64,000 nt of DNA from Actinomycetales bacterium (lineage in GTDB: Bacteria; Actinomycetota; Actinomycetes; Actinomycetales; Microbacteriaceae). The notes below the pieces were generated by a model that made no database searches, was not told where the DNA came from, and was given only the letters and a program-made list of their open reading frames with translations. Within the stretch, counting starts at the first letter, position 1. The number at the start of each line of letters is the position of its first letter. The stretch covers positions 17,137 through 81,136 of the forward strand of contig JAFKEN010000010.1 in NCBI GenBank assembly GCA_017308515.1, given 5' to 3'. The position numbers were made by a program, and so were the translations under genes. Below are positions 35,931-46,827 of this stretch, one piece after another.

Positions 35931-36298
35931 TGGCGGGCGGCGGAAGCGCGATCCGCGGATCGCGCGTCGGATCGGGCCCCATGGGGGAGCAGGACCGCGG
36001 CTACCACGCCGACCGCGTCGCGATCTCCTACTGGGACGCGATGGGCAACGAGACCGTGCGCTACTTCGCGGCGAACCTGCCGCCGGAGGAGATCCCCGAC
36101 ACGATCGACTCGCCCACGACGGGCCTTCCCGCCGGGCGCGACAAGGACAACCCGCCGGAGATGGCGAAGACCGAGCCCTATAAGACGCACCTCGCCTACG
36201 TGAAGGAGCGCCGCAGCGAGACGGAGGCGGAGCAGCTCCTCGAGGAGGCGCTCCAGCAGCTGCGCGAGCGTCGCGGCACCGCGAGCCCGACCGCCTGA
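35930..36298 (+). CDS. rbpA: RNA polymerase-binding protein RbpA
   Basis: Trimmed from ORF 35225..36298 to ATG 35930, which shares a base with the secG stop (TGATG). 122 aa. IRGSRVG..., [25 protein letters not shown] aligns by eye with the RbpA C-terminal sigma-interaction helix region. No Cys residues, so it is the zinc-free type. Confidence 0.8.
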   Translation: MAGGGSAIRGSRVGSGPMGEQDRGYHADRVAISYWDAMGNETVRYFAANLPPEEIPDTIDSPTTGLPAGRDKDNPPEMAKTEPYKTHLAYVKERRSETEAEQLLEEALQQLRERRGTASPTA

Positions 36299-36305
36299 AC
36301 CGCGG

Positions 36306-37109
36306 TCAGTCGCTCGCGACGTCGTGCGCGGCCGTCCAGTAGGACGACGGCGAGATGAGGTTCTCCGGCACCTCGGCGGCGGCGTCGCGGTCGACGAAGA
36401 ACACCGTGCGGCGGCGACCGAGCACGCCGGCGACGGGAACCTCCATCGTGCTCGCCCCCGCGAGGGCGAGCCCGAGCGCACCGGCCTTGTCGGTGCCGGC
36501 GAGCACCAGCCAGATCCGCTCGGAGGCGTTGATCACCGGCAGGGTGAGGCTGAGACGCTGCGGCGGCGGCTTGGGCGAGTCGAGCTCGCTCACCACCGCC
36601 CGGTCGGCGACGTCCACGGTCGCGTGGCCGGGGAACAGCGAGGCGATGTGGCCGTCGGGTCCGACCCCGAGGAACGTCACGTCGAAGACCGGTGCGAGTG
36701 CGCCGTTGCGGGCCTCGGAGGCGAGTTCGGCCGCGTAGGCCGCCGCCGCCTCGTCGATCGAGGCGTGCTCGCCCACGGCCGGGAAGGGGTGCACCCGCGC
36801 GTCGTCGAGCGCGAGGTGGTCGAGGAGCGCCTCGCGGGCCTGCGTCTCGTTCCGGTCCGGATCGCCGGCGGGCAGATAGCGCTCGTCGCCCCACCAGAAG
36901 CCCACCCGGTGCCAGTCGACCGAGGTGTGCGCGGGGTTCGCGCGGATCGCCTCGAGCACCGCGATCCCCATCGTGCCGCCCGTGAGGCAGACCTCCGCGG
37001 ATCCGCGCTCCTCGAGCACGTCGACGATCTTCGTGAGGAATCGCGCGGCGACCGCGGCGGCGAGCGCCTCACGGTCGGGATGCACGAGCACGCGCTGCTC
37101 GTCGGTCAT
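36306..37109 (-). CDS. pgl: 6-phosphogluconolactonase
   Basis: Trimmed from ORF 36306..37343 to ATG 37109 (MTDEQRVLVHPD). LTGGTMG, FWWGDERY and LGVGPDGHIASLFP motifs. Confidence 0.88.
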   Translation of the reverse strand: MTDEQRVLVHPDREALAAAVAARFLTKIVDVLEERGSAEVCLTGGTMGIAVLEAIRANPAHTSVDWHRVGFWWGDERYLPAGDPDRNETQAREALLDHLALDDARVHPFPAVGEHASIDEAAAAYAAELASEARNGALAPVFDVTFLGVGPDGHIASLFPGHATVDVADRAVVSELDSPKPPPQRLSLTLPVINASERIWLVLAGTDKAGALGLALAGASTMEVPVAGVLGRRRTVFFVDRDAAAEVPENLISPSSYWTAAHDVASD

Positions 37110-37110
37110 G

Positions 37111-38067
37111 TCACTCCCTGCGGGTCGACGACGACCCCGTCGTTCCGGCGAGACCCAGCTTCGCGATTCCGTTCCGCACGACCTCACCGAACAGGTCGTC
37201 CGGATCGAGCCTACGCAATTCCTCGGCGAGGCAGTCGGGGAGGCTGCGGCGCGGCAGCGACACGTCGTGCTGCGGCTGCCCCGGCTGCGTGAGCCGGGCG
37301 ACGTTCGGCATCTCGCGCACGAGCTCGATCGGCCCGCTCGCACGGTGCAGGATCACGCCGTGGATGCCGCTCGAGCCGTGCGAGGTGTTCACCTCGAGCG
37401 TCACCGGCACGTCGAGCTGCAGGCGCAGCCACGCCGCGAGCAGCTCGGTCGACGGCGAGTCGCCCGCCCCGGAGACGACGACCGACTCGACCGGCTCGTA
37501 GGGCGGCTGGTCGAGCACCGCCGCGAGCTGCGCGCGCCACCGCGTGAGCCGCGTCCACGAGAAGTCGGTGTCGCCGGGGGAGTAGCCGCGGGCGAGCGCC
37601 GTGATCGAGCGGATCGGGTCGCCCGCCGCGGCCGCGTCGGTGATCCGCCGCTGGGCCATGCGCCCGAGCTCCGACTCCGCCGGGGCCGGCGGGTGCTCGC
37701 GGGGCCACCACACCACGACGGGCGCGTCGGGCAGCAGGAGCCCGGTGACGAGGCTCTCCTCGTCCTGCGCGACGGCGCCGTGCGGGCGCAGCACGATGAC
37801 CTCGCTCGCCCCGGCGTCGCCGCCGACGCGGATCTGCGCGTCGAGGCCGTCCTCCGCGCCCGCGACGTCGGCGAGCACGATGACCCGCATCGGGTGCTCG
37901 CGCGAGGCGTCGTTCGCCGCCTCGATGGCCTCCTCGGCCTCGCCGTCGCGCGTCGCGATGACGAGCGTCAGCACCCGGCCGAGGGCGACCGCGCCGCCCT
38001 CCTCGCGGATGCGCACGAGCGTCTTCGACACCTGGCTGATGGTGGTCGCGGGAAGATCGACGATCAC
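37111..38067 (-). CDS. opcA: glucose-6-phosphate dehydrogenase assembly protein OpcA
   Basis: IVDLPATTISQVSKTLVRIREEGGAVALGRVLTLVI is the typical OpcA N-terminus. I prefer GTG 38067, which overlaps the zwf stop (GTGA), over the track's TTG at 38079. Confidence 0.85.
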   Translation of the reverse strand: MIVDLPATTISQVSKTLVRIREEGGAVALGRVLTLVIATRDGEAEEAIEAANDASREHPMRVIVLADVAGAEDGLDAQIRVGGDAGASEVIVLRPHGAVAQDEESLVTGLLLPDAPVVVWWPREHPPAPAESELGRMAQRRITDAAAAGDPIRSITALARGYSPGDTDFSWTRLTRWRAQLAAVLDQPPYEPVESVVVSGAGDSPSTELLAAWLRLQLDVPVTLEVNTSHGSSGIHGVILHRASGPIELVREMPNVARLTQPGQPQHDVSLPRRSLPDCLAEELRRLDPDDLFGEVVRNGIAKLGLAGTTGSSSTRRE

Positions 38068-39602
38068 GGTCGCCTCCAAACACGGCCGTCGCGCGCGAGC
38101 AGCTCGTCGGCGCTGTCGGGGCCCCAGGTGCCGGGGCGGTACTGCTCGAGCGGGCCGCCCTGCTCGGCCCAGAACTCCTCGATCGGGTCGAGGATCTTCC
38201 AGCTGAGCTCCACCTCCTGGTGGCGCGGGAACAGCGGGGGATCGCCGAGCAGCACATCGAGGATGAGGCGCTCGTAGGCCTCGGGGCTCGCCTCGGTGAA
38301 GGCGTGCCCGTAGCCGAAGTCCATGGTCACGTCGCGCACCTGCATGCCCGCGCCGGGGACCTTCGAGCCGAAGCGGATCGTGACGCCCTCGTCGGGCTGC
38401 ACGCGGATCACGAGGGCGTTCTGCCCGAGCGCCGAGGTCTGGCTCTCGGCGAAGAGGTACTGCGGCGCGCGCTTGAACTGCACCGCGATCTCCGTCACCC
38501 GCCGCCCGAGGCGCTTGCCCGCACGCAGGTAGAACGGCACCCCCGACCAGCGGCGGGTGTCGATCTCGAGCTTGAGGGCCGCGTAGGTCTCGGTGGTGGA
38601 GGCGGGATCCATGCCGTCCTCCTCGAGGAAGCCCGGCACCCGTTCGCCGCCCTGCCAGCCGCTCGCGTACTGGCCGCGCGCCGTCGCCTTCGGCAGCGGC
38701 GGGAGCCGCACCGCGGAGAGCACCTTCTCCTTCTCGGCACGCAGGTCGTGCGCCGAGAAGGAGACCGGCTCCTCCATCGCGGTGAGCGCGAGCAGCTGCA
38801 GCAGGTGGTTCTGGATCACGTCGCGCGCCGCGCCGATGCCGTCGTAGTACCCGGCCCGGCCGCCGACGCCGATGTCCTCGGCCATCGTGATCTGCACGTG
38901 GTCGACGTAGTTGGCGTTCCAGATCGGCTCGTAGAGCATGTTGGCGAAGCGCAGCGCCAGGATGTTCTGGACCGTCTCCTTGCCGAGGTAGTGGTCGATG
39001 CGGAAGACGCTGTCGGCCGGGAAGACGCTCTCGACGACCTCGTTGAGCTCGCGCGCGGTGCGCAGGTCGGAGCCGAACGGCTTCTCGATGACGACCCGGC
39101 GCCAGCGCCCCTCGCGCTGCTCGGCGAGCCCGGAGCGGCGCAGCTGCTCGGTGACGAGCGGGAACGACTTCGGCGGGATCGAGAGGTAGTAGGCGTGGTT
39201 GCCCATCGTGCCCTGGCTCTCGTCGAGCTCCTCGACGGTCGCGCGCAGCCGGTCGAAGGCGTCGTCGTCGTCGAACTCGCCCTGCACGAAGCGGATCCCG
39301 CGGGCGAGCTGGTTCCAGACGTCCTCGTCGAACGGCGTGCGGGCGTACTGGCGCACCGAGTCGTGCACGACCTGCCCGAAGTCCTCGTCGTCCCAGTCCC
39401 GGCGCGCGAAGCCGACGAGCGCGAAGCCGGGCGGCAGCAGGCCCCGGTTGGCGAGGTCGTACACCGCCGGCATGAGCTTCTTGCGCGACAGGTCGCCCGT
39501 CACGCCGAAGATGATGAGCGCGCTGGGCCCCGCGATGCGGTTGAGGCGCCGGTCCGCGGCGACGCGGAGCGGGTTGGACTCGGGGGTGATGTCGACGGGC
39601 AC
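38064..39602 (-). CDS. zwf: glucose-6-phosphate 1-dehydrogenase
   Basis: The 964-aa track ORF is trimmed to GTG 39602 (VPVDITPESNP), giving 512 aa. GVTGDLSRKKL, RIDHYLGKE and EKPFG motifs. Confidence 0.93.
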   Translation of the reverse strand: MPVDITPESNPLRVAADRRLNRIAGPSALIIFGVTGDLSRKKLMPAVYDLANRGLLPPGFALVGFARRDWDDEDFGQVVHDSVRQYARTPFDEDVWNQLARGIRFVQGEFDDDDAFDRLRATVEELDESQGTMGNHAYYLSIPPKSFPLVTEQLRRSGLAEQREGRWRRVVIEKPFGSDLRTARELNEVVESVFPADSVFRIDHYLGKETVQNILALRFANMLYEPIWNANYVDHVQITMAEDIGVGGRAGYYDGIGAARDVIQNHLLQLLALTAMEEPVSFSAHDLRAEKEKVLSAVRLPPLPKATARGQYASGWQGGERVPGFLEEDGMDPASTTETYAALKLEIDTRRWSGVPFYLRAGKRLGRRVTEIAVQFKRAPQYLFAESQTSALGQNALVIRVQPDEGVTIRFGSKVPGAGMQVRDVTMDFGYGHAFTEASPEAYERLILDVLLGDPPLFPRHQEVELSWKILDPIEEFWAEQGGPLEQYRPGTWGPDSADELLARDGRVWRRP

Positions 39603-39610
39603 CGGACCGC

Positions 39611-41209
39611 TCAGTCCAGCACGGCCGCGAGTGCGGCGATCCCCGCCGACACGTCGTCGAGAGCGAGCGTCAGCACCGGTCGGCCGTGCTGCGCGAGCAC
39701 CGCGGCGTCGCCCGCGGCCTGCGCCTGCATCAGCTCGCCGAAGGTGAAGGGGCGGTCGGGGATCGGCAGGTCGGCCGGCGCGGCGGCGACGAGCTGCAGG
39801 AACACCCCGATCGCGGGCCCGCCCTTGTGGAACTGACCGGTCGAATGCAGGAACCGCGGGCCCCAGCCGAAGGTGGTCGGGCGGCCGGTGCGGCGCGCGA
39901 ACGCGGGGCGCAGCCAGTGCGCCTCGGGGTGCGCGAGCCGGTCGGCGTAGACCTGGATCGCGAGGTAGCCGTTCTCGGGCAGGCTCGCCACGAGCGCGTC
40001 GACCGCCGCCGGCAAGCTGCCGCCCTCGATCGTGAGGGGACCGGCGGTGCGCACGGCGATGCCGTCGACCTCGAAGGCCGGGGCGCCCGGCTCGGGTCGG
40101 TCGTCGAGCAGCGAGCGCGCCGCGGCCTTGGCCGACTCGACGTCGGGCTGGTCGAAGGGATTGATGCCGAGCAGGCGGCCCGCCACGGCGACCGCGTACT
40201 CCCACACCAGTAGCTGGCCGCCGAGCGAGCCCGAGACCTCGATCTCGCCCTCGGCGACCTCGCGAGTGGCGCGCTCGTTGGCGACGAGACGCACGATCTG
40301 CAGGTCGGCGGGCACCGCATCCAGCTCGGGCGCGTCGAGCTCGAGCACCACGGGCAGGATGCCGGTGCCCTCCTTGCCGGTGGACTCGGCGATGAGCTGC
40401 TCGGCCCAGTCGGCGAATCCGACGATGTGGGTGCCGTCGGCGACGATGCCGAGCTTGTCCTTGAGCGGCGTCGTGCCGGCGATCGCCGCACCGAGCACGA
40501 GGCCCGGGTTCTCGTCGGTATCCAGCGCGAGCTGCAGCTGCACCGCTTCGGCCTCGTCGAGCAGCTGGCGGATGTCGACGCCGGCGAGCCCGCTCGGCAC
40601 GAGCCCGAAGGCGGTGAGCGCCGAGTAGCGGCCGCCGACGTTCGGGTCGGCGTTGAAGACCCGGTAGCCGTCGGCGCGGGCCGCCTGGTCGAGCGGGGAG
40701 CCGGGGTCGGTGACGACGACGATGCGCGTCGTGGGGTCGATGCCGGCCGCGCGGAAGGCCGCCTCGTAGGCGCGCTTCTGGCTGTCGGTCTCGAGGGTGG
40801 ATCCCGACTTGGAGGAGACGACGACCGCGGTGTGCGCGAGGCGGTCCTCGAGCGCCGCCCGCACCTGGCCGGGGTCGGTGGCGTCGAGCACGGTGAGCTC
40901 GACGCCGTAGGTCGCGGCGATGACCTCGGGCGCGAGCGAGGATCCGCCCATGCCGCACAGCGCGACGTGGGTCACCCCCGCGGCGTGCAGCTCCTCGCGC
41001 AGGGCGAGGATGTCGTCGACGAGGGCGTCGGAGATCGCGACGGCCTCGGTCCAGCCGAGGCGCTTCGCCGCCTCCGACTCGGCCTCGGGGCCCCAGAGGG
41101 TCGGGTCCTGCGTCGTGATGCCGCTCGCGACCCCGTCGGAGACCAGCTGCGGCAGCAGCCGCGCGACGGCCTCGGCCGCCGCCCCCGAGGGGTGCACCTC
41201 GACGGTCAC
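39611..41209 (-). CDS. pgi: glucose-6-phosphate isomerase
   Basis: 532 aa. SIS-domain motifs ([25 protein letters not shown]). The GTG start overlaps the tal stop (GTGA). Confidence 0.9.
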   Translation of the reverse strand: MTVEVHPSGAAAEAVARLLPQLVSDGVASGITTQDPTLWGPEAESEAAKRLGWTEAVAISDALVDDILALREELHAAGVTHVALCGMGGSSLAPEVIAATYGVELTVLDATDPGQVRAALEDRLAHTAVVVSSKSGSTLETDSQKRAYEAAFRAAGIDPTTRIVVVTDPGSPLDQAARADGYRVFNADPNVGGRYSALTAFGLVPSGLAGVDIRQLLDEAEAVQLQLALDTDENPGLVLGAAIAGTTPLKDKLGIVADGTHIVGFADWAEQLIAESTGKEGTGILPVVLELDAPELDAVPADLQIVRLVANERATREVAEGEIEVSGSLGGQLLVWEYAVAVAGRLLGINPFDQPDVESAKAAARSLLDDRPEPGAPAFEVDGIAVRTAGPLTIEGGSLPAAVDALVASLPENGYLAIQVYADRLAHPEAHWLRPAFARRTGRPTTFGWGPRFLHSTGQFHKGGPAIGVFLQLVAAAPADLPIPDRPFTFGELMQAQAAGDAAVLAQHGRPVLTLALDDVSAGIAALAAVLD

Positions 41210-42318
41210 TTCGCCGCCTCCAGCGCCGCGGTCACGGTGTCGAGCAGCTCGTTCCAGCTCACGATGAACTTCTCGACGCCCTCCTTCTCGAGCAGCGCGG
41301 TCACCTCGTCGTAGGAGATGCCGAGCGCCTCGAGCCGCTCGAGCACCGACTGCGCGTCGTCGTAGTTCGGGCGCACCGCGTCACCGTGCACCTCGGCGTG
41401 GTCGAAGGTCGCCTCGAGGGTCTTCTCCGGCATGGTGTTGACGGTGCCGTCGACCGCGAGCTCGGTGACGTAGAGGGTGTCGGGGAGGTTCGGGTCCTTC
41501 ACGCCGGTCGAAGCCCAGAGCGGGCGCTGCACGTGCGCCCCCGCGTCGAGCAGCGCCGTCGCGCGGTCGGTCGCGAACTCCTCCTCGAACAGCCGGTAGG
41601 CCAGGCGCGCGTTGGCGATGCCCGCCTTCGACCGCAGCGCCGCCGCCTCCTCGGTGCCGATCGCGTCGAGCCGCTTGTCGACCTCGGTGTCGACGCGCGA
41701 CACGAAGAACGACGCGACCGAGCGGATGGTCGAGAGATCGATGCCTGCCGCCTGCGCCTTCTCGAGACCGGCCAGGTAGGCGTGGATGACCTCGCGGTGA
41801 CGCTGGAGGCTGAAGATGAGCGTCACGTTGACGCTGATGCCGGCGCCGATCGCCTCGGTGATCGCCTCGAGCCCCTCGGCGGTGCCGGGGATCTTGATCA
41901 TGGCGTTGGGGCGGCCGACGGTCTCCCACAGCCGCTTCGCCTCGGCGATGGTGCCGGCGGTGTCGTGGGCGAGGCCGGGCTCGACCTCGATGCTGACGCG
42001 GCCGTCCATGCCGTCGCTCGCCTCGTAGACCGGCGCGAAGACGTCGCTCGCGGCGCGCACGTCGTCGGTCGTGATCGCGAAGACCGCGTCGGTGACCGAG
42101 GTGCCCTTCGCGGCGAGTGTCGCCACCTGGGCGTCGTAGGCCTCGCCCTTCGCGAGCGCGGCCGCGAAGATCGTCGGGTTCGTCGTGACGCCGACGACGT
42201 TGCGCTCGTCGATGAGCTTCTTCAAGCCGCCGGTCGTGATGCGCTCACGCGAGAGGTCGTCGAGCCAGATGCTGACGCCGAGCTGCGACAGGGTCGAGGT
42301 GGGGGTGGTGTCGGTCAT
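41206..42318 (-). CDS. tal: transaldolase
   Basis: Trimmed from ORF 41206..42489 to ATG 42318 ([24 protein letters not shown]). VTTNPTIF and IKIPGT motifs. Confidence 0.92.
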   Translation of the reverse strand: MTDTTPTSTLSQLGVSIWLDDLSRERITTGGLKKLIDERNVVGVTTNPTIFAAALAKGEAYDAQVATLAAKGTSVTDAVFAITTDDVRAASDVFAPVYEASDGMDGRVSIEVEPGLAHDTAGTIAEAKRLWETVGRPNAMIKIPGTAEGLEAITEAIGAGISVNVTLIFSLQRHREVIHAYLAGLEKAQAAGIDLSTIRSVASFFVSRVDTEVDKRLDAIGTEEAAALRSKAGIANARLAYRLFEEEFATDRATALLDAGAHVQRPLWASTGVKDPNLPDTLYVTELAVDGTVNTMPEKTLEATFDHAEVHGDAVRPNYDDAQSVLERLEALGISYDEVTALLEKEGVEKFIVSWNELLDTVTAALEAAK

Positions 42319-42352
42319 GCGGGGTTCGCTTCTCCGTGGGGCTTCGGGTCGA

Positions 42353-44452
42353 TCAGGAGGCCGCGGCGGCCATCGAGGCCTTCGCCGCGGCGACCGCGGA
42401 CTCGGCGGTGAGGCCGAACTCGCGGTAGAGGGTCTGGTAGTCGGCGGAGGCGCCGTAGTGCTCGAGCGAGACCGAGCGGCCCGCTCCACCGAGGAACGGG
42501 GCCCAGGTGAGCGCGAGACCCGCCTCGATCGACACGCGGGCGGTCACCGCGGCCGGCAGCACCGCCTCGCGGTACTCGGGGCTCTGCTCGAGGAACCACT
42601 CCTGGCAGGGCACCGACACGACACGGGCGTGCACGCCCTCGGTCGCGAGCTGCTCGCGCGCCGCGAGGGCGATCTGCACCTCCGAGCCGGAGGCGAGCAG
42701 GATCACGTCGGGGGAGCCGCCCGCCGCCTCGGCGAGCACGTAGGCGCCCTTCGTGGCGTGGTGGGCGGCCGCGAGGGTGTCACCGCTCGCCTCCGCCTCG
42801 CCGCGCGCGAAGATCGGCAGGTTCTGGCGGCTCAGCGCGATCCCGGCGGGGCCGCCACGGCGGGCGAGCATCTCGTGCCAGACCCAGGCGGTCTCGTTGG
42901 CGTCTGCGGGCCGCACGACGGCGAGCCCGGGGATCGCGCGCAGCGTCGTGAGCTGCTCCACCGGCTGGTGGGTGGGTCCGTCTTCGCCGAGCGCGACCGA
43001 GTCGTGCGTCCAGACGAAGATCGACGGCGCGCCCATGAGGGCCGCGAGCCGCACGGAGGGGCGCTGGTAGTCGCTGAAGATGAGGAAGGTGCCGCCGAAC
43101 GCGCGCGTCGGGCCGTGCAGCACGATGCCGTTGAGGATCGCCGCCATCGCGTGCTCGCGGATGCCGAAGTGCAGCACGCGACCGTACGGGTTGCCCGAGA
43201 ACTCCTCGGTGGAGTGCTCGCTCGGGATGAACGACGCGGCCTTCTCGATCGTGGTGTTGTTCGACTCGGCGAGGTCGGCGGAGCCGCCCCAGAGCTCGGG
43301 CATGACCCCGGCGATGGCGTTGATGACCTTGCCGCTCGCGGCCCGGGTCGACATCTCCGTGCCGGCCTCGAAGACCGGCAGCGCCTCGGCAAGGCCCTCG
43401 GGCAGCGCGCCGTCGAGCAGGCGGTCGAGCAGCGCTTTGCGCTCGGGGTTCGCGGCTGCCCAGGCGTCGAAGCCCTTCTGCCACTCGGCGTGCGCCGCGG
43501 CGCCGCGCTCGTGCAGCTCGCGGGTGTGGGCGAGCACCGCCGGGTCGACGTCGAAGCTCTTGGCGGGGTCGAAGCCGAGCGCCTCCTTGGTCGCGGCGAC
43601 CTCGTCGGGGCCGAGCGCGGATCCGTGGATCTTGCCGGTGTTCTGCTTGTTCGGCGCGGGCCAGCCGATGATCGTCTTCAGGATGATGAGGCTCGGCTTC
43701 GCGGTCTCGGCCTTCGCCTGCTCGATCGCGTGGAACAGCGCGGGCACGTCTTCGACGTACTCCGAGCCCGACTTCCAGTCGACGGTGATGACCTGCCAGC
43801 CGTAGGCCTCGTAGCGGGCCGCGGTGTCCTCGCTGAGGGCGATGTTGGTGTCGTCCTCGATGGAGATCTGGTTCGAGTCGTAGAAGGCGATCAGGTTGCC
43901 GAGCTTCTGGTGGCCGGCGAGCGAGCCGGCCTCGCTCGTCACGCCCTCCTCGATGTCGCCGTCGGAGGCGATGACGTACACGTGGTGATCGAAGGGGCTC
44001 TCGCCGTGCGCGGTGTCGGGGTCGAAGAGGCCGCGCTCGAAGCGCTGGGCGTAGGCGAAGCCGACCGCCGAGGCGAGTCCCTGGCCGAGCGGGCCGGTCG
44101 TCATCTCGACCCCCGCCGTGTGGCCGTACTCGGGGTGGCCGGGGGTCTTCGAGCCCCAGGTGCGCAGCGACTCGAGGTCGCCCAGCTCGAGGCCCTCGCC
44201 GCCGAGGTAGAGCTGGATGTACTGGGTCAGCGAGCTGTGGCCCGCCGAGAGGATGAAGCGGTCGCGACCGAGCCAGGAGTGATCCGCGGGGTCGCGCTTC
44301 ATGACCTTCTGGAACAGCAGGTAGGCCAGCGGCGCGAGGCTCATCGCCGTGCCGGGATGGCCGTTGCCGACCTTCTGCACGGCATCCGCCGCGAGCACCC
44401 GGACGGTGTCGACCGCCTTGTCGTCGAGAGGTCCCCAGTCGAGGTCTGCCAC
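42353..44452 (-). CDS. tkt: transketolase
   Basis: The 916-aa track ORF is trimmed to GTG 44452 with GGAAAGG upstream, giving 699 aa. [19 protein letters not shown] (ThDP motif) and the [15 protein letters not shown] signature. Confidence 0.93.
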   Translation of the reverse strand: MADLDWGPLDDKAVDTVRVLAADAVQKVGNGHPGTAMSLAPLAYLLFQKVMKRDPADHSWLGRDRFILSAGHSSLTQYIQLYLGGEGLELGDLESLRTWGSKTPGHPEYGHTAGVEMTTGPLGQGLASAVGFAYAQRFERGLFDPDTAHGESPFDHHVYVIASDGDIEEGVTSEAGSLAGHQKLGNLIAFYDSNQISIEDDTNIALSEDTAARYEAYGWQVITVDWKSGSEYVEDVPALFHAIEQAKAETAKPSLIILKTIIGWPAPNKQNTGKIHGSALGPDEVAATKEALGFDPAKSFDVDPAVLAHTRELHERGAAAHAEWQKGFDAWAAANPERKALLDRLLDGALPEGLAEALPVFEAGTEMSTRAASGKVINAIAGVMPELWGGSADLAESNNTTIEKAASFIPSEHSTEEFSGNPYGRVLHFGIREHAMAAILNGIVLHGPTRAFGGTFLIFSDYQRPSVRLAALMGAPSIFVWTHDSVALGEDGPTHQPVEQLTTLRAIPGLAVVRPADANETAWVWHEMLARRGGPAGIALSRQNLPIFARGEAEASGDTLAAAHHATKGAYVLAEAAGGSPDVILLASGSEVQIALAAREQLATEGVHARVVSVPCQEWFLEQSPEYREAVLPAAVTARVSIEAGLALTWAPFLGGAGRSVSLEHYGASADYQTLYREFGLTAESAVAAAKASMAAAAS

Positions 44453-44711
44453 GATGTTCCCGGCCTTTCCGTAGTGCGTCGCGACCGGAGCGGCCGCGCG
44501 TGCCGCTCGCCGTCGACGACTTCGGCGGACCGCGGGCAGCACGCCGCCTCGTGAACGAGGGGAGCGGCCGCGGTCGGCGAGCGGTTCCGAGCATAGCGAA
44601 GACGGGCCCCCCGATCGGGGTCGCCCAGGTGGCACGGAGCCTGGCGCCGTCGGGGCCGGCGGCGACCGCCGCCTAGGATGGGAGGACCGCGCCGTGCGAA
44701 TCCGAGGAGCC

Positions 44712-45668
44712 ATGTCCGCAGCCGTGTCGAGGCCGGGCCGTGTCGAGGCCGGGCCGCCGTCCGACGGGCGACCCCGCCACCGGGGCGCGAAGCTCACCGC
44801 GTACCTCGCGCTCACCAAGCCGCGGGTGATCGAGCTGCTGCTCGTGACCACCGCGCCCGTCATGATCCTCGCGGCGCGCGGGATCCCCGACCTCGGCCTC
44901 GTGCTCGCGACCCTCGTGGGCGGTGCGATGAGCGCCGGAAGCGCGAACGCCTTCAACCAGTACCTCGACCGCGACATCGACCGCCTCATGCACCGCACCG
45001 GGCGGCGCCCGCTGGTCACGGGGGAGATCTCCGACCGCGGGGCCCTCGTGTTCGCCTGGGCGCTCGGCGTCGTCTCGATCGTGTGGCTCGGGCTGCTGGC
45101 CAACTGGCTCGCGGCCGCGCTGTCGCTCGCCGCGATCCTCGTCTACGTCTTCGTCTACACGCTGTGGCTCAAGCGCCGCACCGAGCAGAACATCATCTGG
45201 GGCGGGATCGCGGGCTGCTTCCCGGTGCTCATCGGCTGGGCGGCGGTCACCGGCTCGCTCGACTGGGCGCCGTTCATCCTCTTCGCGGTCGTCTTCCTGT
45301 GGACCCCGCCGCACTACTGGCCGCTGTCGATGAAGTACCGCGACGACTACGACCGAGCCTCGGTGCCGATGCTCGCGGTCGTGCGCGGCGGATCCGTCGT
45401 CGGCCTGCAGACCGTGCTCTATGCCTGGGCGACGGTGGCCGCCTCGCTGCTGCTGATCCCGATCGCGCCGATGGGCGTGCTCTACGGTCTCGCTGCGGCG
45501 CTCTCGGGGACCTGGTTCGTGGTCGAGGCGCACCGCCTGTACGCGGCATCCGTGGCCGGGCGCGAGGTGAAGCCGATGCGGGTGTTCCACGCGAGCATCA
45601 CGTACCTCACGCTGCTCTTCGTCGCCGTCGGCGTCGACCCGCTGCTGTACCTGCCGATCCCGCTCTAG
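44712..45668 (+). CDS. ctaB: protoheme IX farnesyltransferase (heme O synthase)
   Basis: UbiA-family motifs ([18 protein letters not shown]). ATG 44712 has GAGGAG 3-4 nt upstream. The track start GTG 44694 is an alternative. Confidence 0.88.
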   Translation: MSAAVSRPGRVEAGPPSDGRPRHRGAKLTAYLALTKPRVIELLLVTTAPVMILAARGIPDLGLVLATLVGGAMSAGSANAFNQYLDRDIDRLMHRTGRRPLVTGEISDRGALVFAWALGVVSIVWLGLLANWLAAALSLAAILVYVFVYTLWLKRRTEQNIIWGGIAGCFPVLIGWAAVTGSLDWAPFILFAVVFLWTPPHYWPLSMKYRDDYDRASVPMLAVVRGGSVVGLQTVLYAWATVAASLLLIPIAPMGVLYGLAAALSGTWFVVEAHRLYAASVAGREVKPMRVFHASITYLTLLFVAVGVDPLLYLPIPL

Positions 45669-46609
45669 TCGCGGGGTGCCCGCAGCGCGAGCACGCTCGC
45701 CGTCATGGCGGAGACCAGCAGGCACGCGAGCACCATGTGCGCTCCGACGAGGAATGGCGGCAGGCCGGTGCGCGCCTGCCACAGACCCACCGCGATCTGC
45801 ACGAGCTCGACGGCGAGCAGCAGTCCGAGTCGTGTGCCGAGCACCCGCTCGCGGCGCACGACGCTCGCCACGAGCAGGATCACCGTGAGACCGAGGAGCG
45901 CGTAGGCGGGCCAGCTGTGCACGTGCTGCAGCAGCTCGGAATCGAGCCCGTTGCGGGGGGCGTTCTCGTCGCCCGCGTGCGGGCCGGATCCCGTCGTGAG
46001 GATGCCGAACACGACCGTGACCGCGACGAGCGCCGCGGCGATCGCGACGCCCCCCGCGAGCCACCCCGGAACCCGCCGGGGCCCGCCGCCGGGCCCCTCG
46101 AGCACGCGCACCACGAGGACCGTCGCGAGCACGACGAGCACGGCCGACACGACGAAGTGCAGGCCGACGACGTAGGGGTTCAGCTTCGTGAGCACCGAGA
46201 TGCCGCCGACGACGCCCTGGGCGGGGATGCCGAGGCCGAGCACGAGGGCGAGCACGAAGAGGTCGCGGCGCTCGCGGCGATACCGCAGCACGAACAGGAA
46301 CATCACGATCGCGACCGCGATGAGCACGAAGGTGAGCAGCCGGTTGCCGAACTCGATGAGGCCGTGCACGCCCATCTCGGGAGTCGTGACGAAGGAGTCG
46401 GCGGTGCACCGCGGCCAGGTGGGGCATCCGAGCCCCGACCCGGTGAGCCGCACGAGCCCGCCGGTGCCGACGATGAGCACCTGCGTCACCCACGAGAGCC
46501 AGGCCGCGACCCGCACGGAGGTCCGCTCGGGAGAGTCCGGCAGCCGGTCGACGAACCGTCGCCAGAGGCTCCGGCCCGAGGTCGCGGGGGAGGTCGCGGG
46601 CTGCGTCAC
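45665..46609 (-). CDS. ctaA: heme A synthase (COX15/CtaA family)
   Basis: Multi-pass membrane protein with the Cys pair GCPTWPRC and conserved His residues ([28 protein letters not shown]). Trimmed to GTG 46609 with AGGAAAGG upstream. Confidence 0.8.
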   Translation of the reverse strand: MTQPATSPATSGRSLWRRFVDRLPDSPERTSVRVAAWLSWVTQVLIVGTGGLVRLTGSGLGCPTWPRCTADSFVTTPEMGVHGLIEFGNRLLTFVLIAVAIVMFLFVLRYRRERRDLFVLALVLGLGIPAQGVVGGISVLTKLNPYVVGLHFVVSAVLVVLATVLVVRVLEGPGGGPRRVPGWLAGGVAIAAALVAVTVVFGILTTGSGPHAGDENAPRNGLDSELLQHVHSWPAYALLGLTVILLVASVVRRERVLGTRLGLLLAVELVQIAVGLWQARTGLPPFLVGAHMVLACLLVSAMTASVLALRAPRD

Positions 46610-46646
46610 GCGGATCGCCTTTCCTGAGAATCCCGGCCGCTCCCTG

Positions 46647-46652
46647 TAGCAT
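46647..46652 (+). promoter_or_regulatory. candidate -10 hexamer TAGCAT for the suf operon
   Basis: TAnnnT lying 175 nt upstream of sufB ATG 46828, which implies a long structured leader. Confidence 0.25.
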
Positions 46653-46739
46653 CGAAGGAGTTCACGGGCGCTGTCGCCGGACCGCACGGAGTGCGCCCTG
46701 TCGGGCGGCGATCCGGGTCCGGTTCCAGTCTACGAAGCC

Positions 46740-46764
46740 CCGCCGCGGCCACGATCCGCGGCGG
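46740..46764 (+). promoter_or_regulatory. perfect 9-bp hairpin in the sufB 5' region
   Basis: CCGCCGCGG-ccacgat-CCGCGGCGG, 64 nt upstream of ATG 46828. Confidence 0.3.
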
Positions 46765-46827
46765 CACCGCCCGTGACCCTGAGCCGACACGAGCGGAATG
46801 GCTCGCTTCGGAAAGAGAGGTCACCGC

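Noticed and set aside
39603-40958. N-terminal 452-aa extension of the zwf ORF (track ORF 38064..40958).
   Set aside because: The extension lies out of frame over pgi and is Arg/Ala/Gly/Pro-rich. Zwf homology starts at VPVDITPESNP, and GTG 39602 gives the normal length of about 510 aa.
44453-45103. N-terminal 217-aa extension of the tkt ORF, running into the ctaB region.
   Set aside because: It has no transketolase similarity, crosses the divergent promoter region and overlaps ctaB. GTG 44452 has a good SD.
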